The position numbers were made by a program, and so were the translations under genes. The notes below the pieces were generated by a model, which was not told the origin of the DNA, ran no database searches, and worked only from the letters and a program-made list of their open reading frames with translations. From IMG/VR virus record IMGVR_UViG_3300032401_000690, positions 64,001-128,000 of that record: DNA of 64,000 bases, one strand, 5' to 3'. Shown piece by piece: positions 59,522 through 64,000 of the stretch (position 1 is the first letter of the stretch; each line of letters begins with the position of its first letter). The stretch is from a virus.

Positions 59522-60451
59522 ATGAGTTATAATAAGAACTGTGGTAATTGTGGTAAGATCCAAACCTACACAACTAAAGGTAGGTTAGATTGTTCTATCC
59601 GAGAAAATTGGGTGTGTAATAGTTGCTCGTCAACTCATATGAAAAAAATATATGGTGATGATGTTATAACTAATGTGGTTGACTTATATGTTAATGGTAA
59701 TAGTTTTAGTAAAATAAGTTTAATATTAAAGATTAAAAGAGATAATGTTAAAAATATTTTAATTGAAAAGAATATTTGGGTTGAAAATAGGGACGATATT
59801 AAAAAAGAATTTAATGATGTTGATATTGAGAATATTATTAAAAAATATAATAGTGGGTTGTCGGTGAAAAAAATATCTAATTTATATGGTGTTAGTGTTG
59901 GACCAATTAAAAGAATTTTAAAAAATTCAAATTTATTAAGAAAAGGTCTTAGTGATGGTAAAAAAATTGTATTATCAGATGAACAGATATTACTTATTAA
60001 GGATTTATATTTAAATGAATTTAAAAATTGTGAAGAAATTAGTTATCAATTAGGTTTAACAAAATCATTTGTTGATAAATATTTGCGTAATTGTGGGTAT
60101 AGAAGGAATAAAAGTGAGGGGGTTTCAGTTGGATCCATATATAAATATCACGGTATTAAATATAACGAATATTTAAAAATTATCCCCGATTTGGATAAAT
60201 ATAAACTTGATGTCTCAAAAATGACTCGTCAACAACCAATACATAATTTATTGAATTACGATAAAAGAGGAAATTCGGGTGTTGAAGGGGCATATCACTT
60301 AGACCATAAATTCTCAATATCAGAAGGGTTTAAAAATAGAATACCTCCCGAAATAATTGGTGGTATAAAAAACCTTGAATTTATTACTTGGGAGGAAAAT
60401 ATAAAAAAAAGAACTAATTGTTCAATAACAATAAATGAACTAATAAATTAA
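59522..60451 (+). mobile_element. Putative homing endonuclease (HTH repeats + HNH-like C-terminus)
   Basis: CxxC, three HTH-like repeats, YHLDHKFSI...NLEFITWEENIKK. Start at ATG 59522, after TATTTAT. Confidence 0.6.
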
Positions 60452-60454
60452 ACA

Positions 60455-61363
60455 ATGGCAACTGGCGTTTATGGTACAATTCGTGGGAGCGATGTCTCTC
60501 CAGCGGATGTTGATATAATAATGAATTACACTCCAAGTAGGGATCAAACAGATAATTTTGTATTAACAAAATTGGATGCTAATAGTATATTAAGACCTTA
60601 TTTTAATAACAATCAAACGGGAGGTAATTCAGGTATTGAGATACTTGGTGGTATGTATAATTTAAAATTACCGGCAGACCAATTTAATAAAATAGGGATT
60701 TATACTCTATATATTAGACCTGCAGAGATTAGAACAAAGATTACTGATTGTGGTATTTTATCCGCATTACCAAATGTTAAGGGTATTGTTATTGATTTAA
60801 ATAATGTTCCAACTCAATTTACAAATAAATTCACAAATCAAGGTTTGGTAGGGTTTAGAGTTGAGTATTTAAATGACGATGGATCTAAAATCCCAAATTT
60901 CTTTAGGGTTATAACCTCATCATTTTATTGTGAACCTGTAATTCAGAATTTAACGAATACTTCGCAACAATCAATTAGATATAGATATACTGAGGGAACT
61001 ACAAACATTATGTTCTGTACGTTATCACCATCGTCATCTCCAACTAATAAACCAAATGCGACACCATATATTGGGCAACCTGATCAAAATATTATTATAA
61101 CAAATACATTTTTTAACCCAATAACCACAGAAATTGAAATTGTTGAACACGATATTTCTACATTGGCAATTGCGTTATATGGTAATCAAACTAAGTCTAT
61201 TGATGATGGTATTTACACTATTTACGATAGTAATAATAACATCTACAAACAATATAACTTATATGAAATTAGAGATCAATTTAGTGATCTTCTTTATGAA
61301 GTTAGACAAGATAGAAATAATAATATTGATTTTACTAAAAACTTTACAAATATAACAGGATAA
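60455..61363 (+). CDS. Hypothetical virion protein
   Basis: 302-aa ORF in the structural module. Confidence 0.55.
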   Translation: MATGVYGTIRGSDVSPADVDIIMNYTPSRDQTDNFVLTKLDANSILRPYFNNNQTGGNSGIEILGGMYNLKLPADQFNKIGIYTLYIRPAEIRTKITDCGILSALPNVKGIVIDLNNVPTQFTNKFTNQGLVGFRVEYLNDDGSKIPNFFRVITSSFYCEPVIQNLTNTSQQSIRYRYTEGTTNIMFCTLSPSSSPTNKPNATPYIGQPDQNIIITNTFFNPITTEIEIVEHDISTLAIALYGNQTKSIDDGIYTIYDSNNNIYKQYNLYEIRDQFSDLLYEVRQDRNNNIDFTKNFTNITG

Positions 61364-64000
61364 TGGCGGTTACAAAATATACTTGTCCACCACAAACTGC
61401 TAGCGGGGAGGGGACTTTTTCTGATAACCTAGTTGGTCTACAGTTAGTTAGTGGGGGAGGTTTTACTCAAGGTAATTTTGAATTTACAACGGGATTAACT
61501 GAAAAAACCAATAGAACATTTAGTATTGGGTCGTTTTCAGATCCTATATCGTTAGAGACACTTAATATTGATGATATTGCTCAATCAAAACTGTTGGTTG
61601 CAAAAAACTTCCAAGTTTACCCTAACTACGATTTAAGTGAGATAACTAATTTTACGTTATTCGGATCTTTATCAAAACGATTATCTGTTTCTGTAAGTAA
61701 AATAATTAACTTTTTCCCTGGTGGGATGGAAGTATTCTCATCAACAACAACGTTTGATGTAACAAAAACTGCGGATAACATATCATATGATTCTGTTGCG
61801 GATGAAACGTATCTTGAGATTTGCGCAAGTGTTGTTAGAAACCCATTTGATCTTGATTATACGGTTAATTCAACAAGAAACTTATTATTAAAGGAGATTG
61901 TTGTTTCTCCATTAAGAAATTTCTCAGTTGAGTATCAAAATTATTCTCTTTTTGTGAATGGTATTGAGTATGAGATTGTGACTTTTACACCACTTAATGA
62001 TGGTGATACGACATTAAAATTTTATATTAGTGGAAACCCTTTTTCGGGACAAAGTTTTAGTCATGATACCTTATTGATAAGACCAACTGATTATTATGTT
62101 AATAAAGTTTTTAATGAGAATTTTGATCAAGTAGAGAACTTTTTATTAAATAGAGAGGTAAGTCCAATTTATACCGCATATTTTAACACTCCTGTTGAGA
62201 GAGACAATGGAACGTATGTTTTCAGTTATGAAATTTTAACCTTTCCTGTGAATGGTGTTTGGAATTTAGATATTTCGGGAATACCATTTAACTCTTATTT
62301 AACTAAATTAAGTAATATTGCTAATAGTTTAGATTTATATACGACGAACTTAATATCAAGATTTTTAACTGCGGGAGCAATTAAAGAATTTGATACTCAA
62401 GATCAGAAAGTTGATAAAATATTACAAATTTATGGTAGAAGTTTTGATGAAACTAAAAAATTCATCGGGGCATTGGCATTTATGAATTCCGTTCATTATA
62501 ATGTTGGTAATGATATTCCTTCACAACTACTTAAAAATTTAGCACAGACATTGGGTTGGAATAATAATATATCGCCAATCACTAACGAACAATTATTAAG
62601 TTCAGTTTTTTCTGCGGGTGAAAACACATTTACTGGGTTATCTAAAGGACAAACACCTGAAGAGTTAAACTACCAATACTATAGAAATTTAATATTAAAC
62701 TCCGCTTATTTATTCAAGTCAAAAGGGACAAGAAAATCTATTGAGGCATTGATGAGGTTAATTGGAGCCCCAGATGCGATAACAGAATTTAATGAATATG
62801 TATATGTTGCCGATCAAAAAATTAACTTAAGTCAATTCGGTGAGCAATACGCACAAATATCAGGAGGAACATATGTTCAACAAATTCCGATATTAGATGT
62901 TTCGGACATTTACTCAATTATGGGTAATCAATATACAGGATTTACAACTTCATCACAAATTCAGGATGTTTCGGTTACAGTTTTGGACTATCCAATAGAT
63001 AGTTTCGGTTTCCCAAGTATGCCTGCGGTTAGTGATAGTTTTTATTTCCAAATTGGTGGAGGGTGGTTTGAATCGACACCACAACATAGAATGCCACAAC
63101 AGATTGACTTAACGAATAGTGTATTTACGGGTCAAAATCCTGATTATCAAACAGTATTACAACCATTTAATTATGGTGATGAATACTTACAAAGATATAG
63201 GGATTTTCCATATATGGATCTTGGTTTTAAACTAAAAAAGATCGCAGATAATAAGAAAAGTTGGATTGATGGTGGAAATACATTACGAAAAAGTTCTGAT
63301 GGTAATTTCAACGCATATTATAATACCGGTGATGATAGGTTGGTATTAAATGTTAAAAATGTTGATATATTTATGAATCCTGGTCAAGGATTAGCCTACG
63401 ATGTTTGGTATATGTCAAGAACATATAATTTCCCAATTCCTGAAGAGGGTCTTAATTATGTTGTTCCAACATATTGTGATCCAAACCCAAATACACCATA
63501 TCCACAAAGAGGGGGTATAGATTGGACGGTTATAATACCAAAACCAAAACAAAAGACATTTTTTGAGTTTGCTCAAAGTTTTTGGCATAACACAATTAAT
63601 GTTAGAAATAGACAATATATTACTGATGGTAAGACGGGTGGTTATCCGACCTTACAATCTATTTATTGGAAATATTTAGAATCAAGACAATTAGCCGGTA
63701 TAGACAACGATAATTTTACATATCAAACAATGATTGATTATGTAAATGGGTTGGGGGATTATTGGATTAGATTGGTGGAACAAATGGTTCCGGCAACAAC
63801 GATTTGGAATGCTGGTGTTAAATATGAGAACTCTATCTTCCATAGACAAAAATTTGTATGGAGAAGACAAATGGGTTGTCAACTTGTTCCGGTACCTTGT
63901 AATCCTTGTCAGTTAGTTGCTCAATTATTTGCATATGATTGTCCGATACAATCAACAAATTGTCCTATTTATCCTTGGGGATCAAATCCACTTATCACTT
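61363..64000 (+). CDS. 3'-truncated large baseplate protein (gp7/P2 gpI-like), missing from the ORF track
   Basis: ATG 61363 (MAVTKYTCPP...) overlaps the previous stop, and the frame appears open to the window end. LAQTLGW and LFKSKGTRKSIE motifs. Confidence 0.7.
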   Translation, partial: MAVTKYTCPPQTASGEGTFSDNLVGLQLVSGGGFTQGNFEFTTGLTEKTNRTFSIGSFSDPISLETLNIDDIAQSKLLVAKNFQVYPNYDLSEITNFTLFGSLSKRLSVSVSKIINFFPGGMEVFSSTTTFDVTKTADNISYDSVADETYLEICASVVRNPFDLDYTVNSTRNLLLKEIVVSPLRNFSVEYQNYSLFVNGIEYEIVTFTPLNDGDTTLKFYISGNPFSGQSFSHDTLLIRPTDYYVNKVFNENFDQVENFLLNREVSPIYTAYFNTPVERDNGTYVFSYEILTFPVNGVWNLDISGIPFNSYLTKLSNIANSLDLYTTNLISRFLTAGAIKEFDTQDQKVDKILQIYGRSFDETKKFIGALAFMNSVHYNVGNDIPSQLLKNLAQTLGWNNNISPITNEQLLSSVFSAGENTFTGLSKGQTPEELNYQYYRNLILNSAYLFKSKGTRKSIEALMRLIGAPDAITEFNEYVYVADQKINLSQFGEQYAQISGGTYVQQIPILDVSDIYSIMGNQYTGFTTSSQIQDVSVTVLDYPIDSFGFPSMPAVSDSFYFQIGGGWFESTPQHRMPQQIDLTNSVFTGQNPDYQTVLQPFNYGDEYLQRYRDFPYMDLGFKLKKIADNKKSWIDGGNTLRKSSDGNFNAYYNTGDDRLVLNVKNVDIFMNPGQGLAYDVWYMSRTYNFPIPEEGLNYVVPTYCDPNPNTPYPQRGGIDWTVIIPKPKQKTFFEFAQSFWHNTINVRNRQYITDGKTGGYPTLQSIYWKYLESRQLAGIDNDNFTYQTMIDYVNGLGDYWIRLVEQMVPATTIWNAGVKYENSIFHRQKFVWRRQMGCQLVPVPCNPCQLVAQLFAYDCPIQSTNCPIYPWGSNPLIT

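Noticed and set aside
1339-63882. Short antisense and alternate-frame ORFs in the track (e.g. 1339-1647, 5389-5763, 10726-10911, 14239-14652, 16373-16582, 45491-45919, 63415-63615, 63691-63882)
   Set aside because: They overlap well-supported long genes, lack upstream motifs and show no recognisable domains. Treated as shadows.
1-64000. Alternative genetic code (stop-codon reassignment), common in some large phages
   Set aside because: Multi-kb ORFs are intact in code 11, and TAA, TGA and TAG all occur at plausible gene ends.
1-64000. tRNA/rRNA genes
   Set aside because: Intergenic spaces are short and AT-rich; no cloverleaf or rRNA-like sequence recognised by eye.

Overview
AT-rich fragment of a large contractile-tailed (jumbo-type, T4-like module content) phage genome in the standard genetic code. 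It contains: an adhesin-like DUF285 gene and three glycosyltransferases; a family B DNA polymerase; neck genes; an SNF2 helicase; tail sheath, tube, chaperone and tape-measure genes; very large baseplate genes; a replication/recombination block (gp32-like SSB, RecA/UvsX, 5'-3' exonuclease, DnaB-like helicase, class II ribonucleotide reductase); and five free-standing homing-endonuclease-like genes. The standout is 9665-12129 (minus strand): three tandem units of [~100-aa unknown 'domain X' gene + CRISPR-like mini-array]. There are eight full 36-bp repeats, three truncated terminal repeats and eight different 30-33-bp spacers, with no cas gene in the window. The repeat resembles Bacteroidetes type VI-B (Cas13b) direct repeats but also encodes the conserved C-terminus (LEETYNLRGxTP) of each domain X protein, so each spacer is also an alternative C-terminal tail. 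The first domain X copy is fused behind an HExxH domain and an Fe/Mn superoxide dismutase. Other signals: a candidate +1 frameshift in the tail chaperone, a T10 frameshift in a neck gene, two promoter classes, and an [ST][GA]xT motif enriched in virion proteins. All family assignments are from motif recognition by eye, not database searches.
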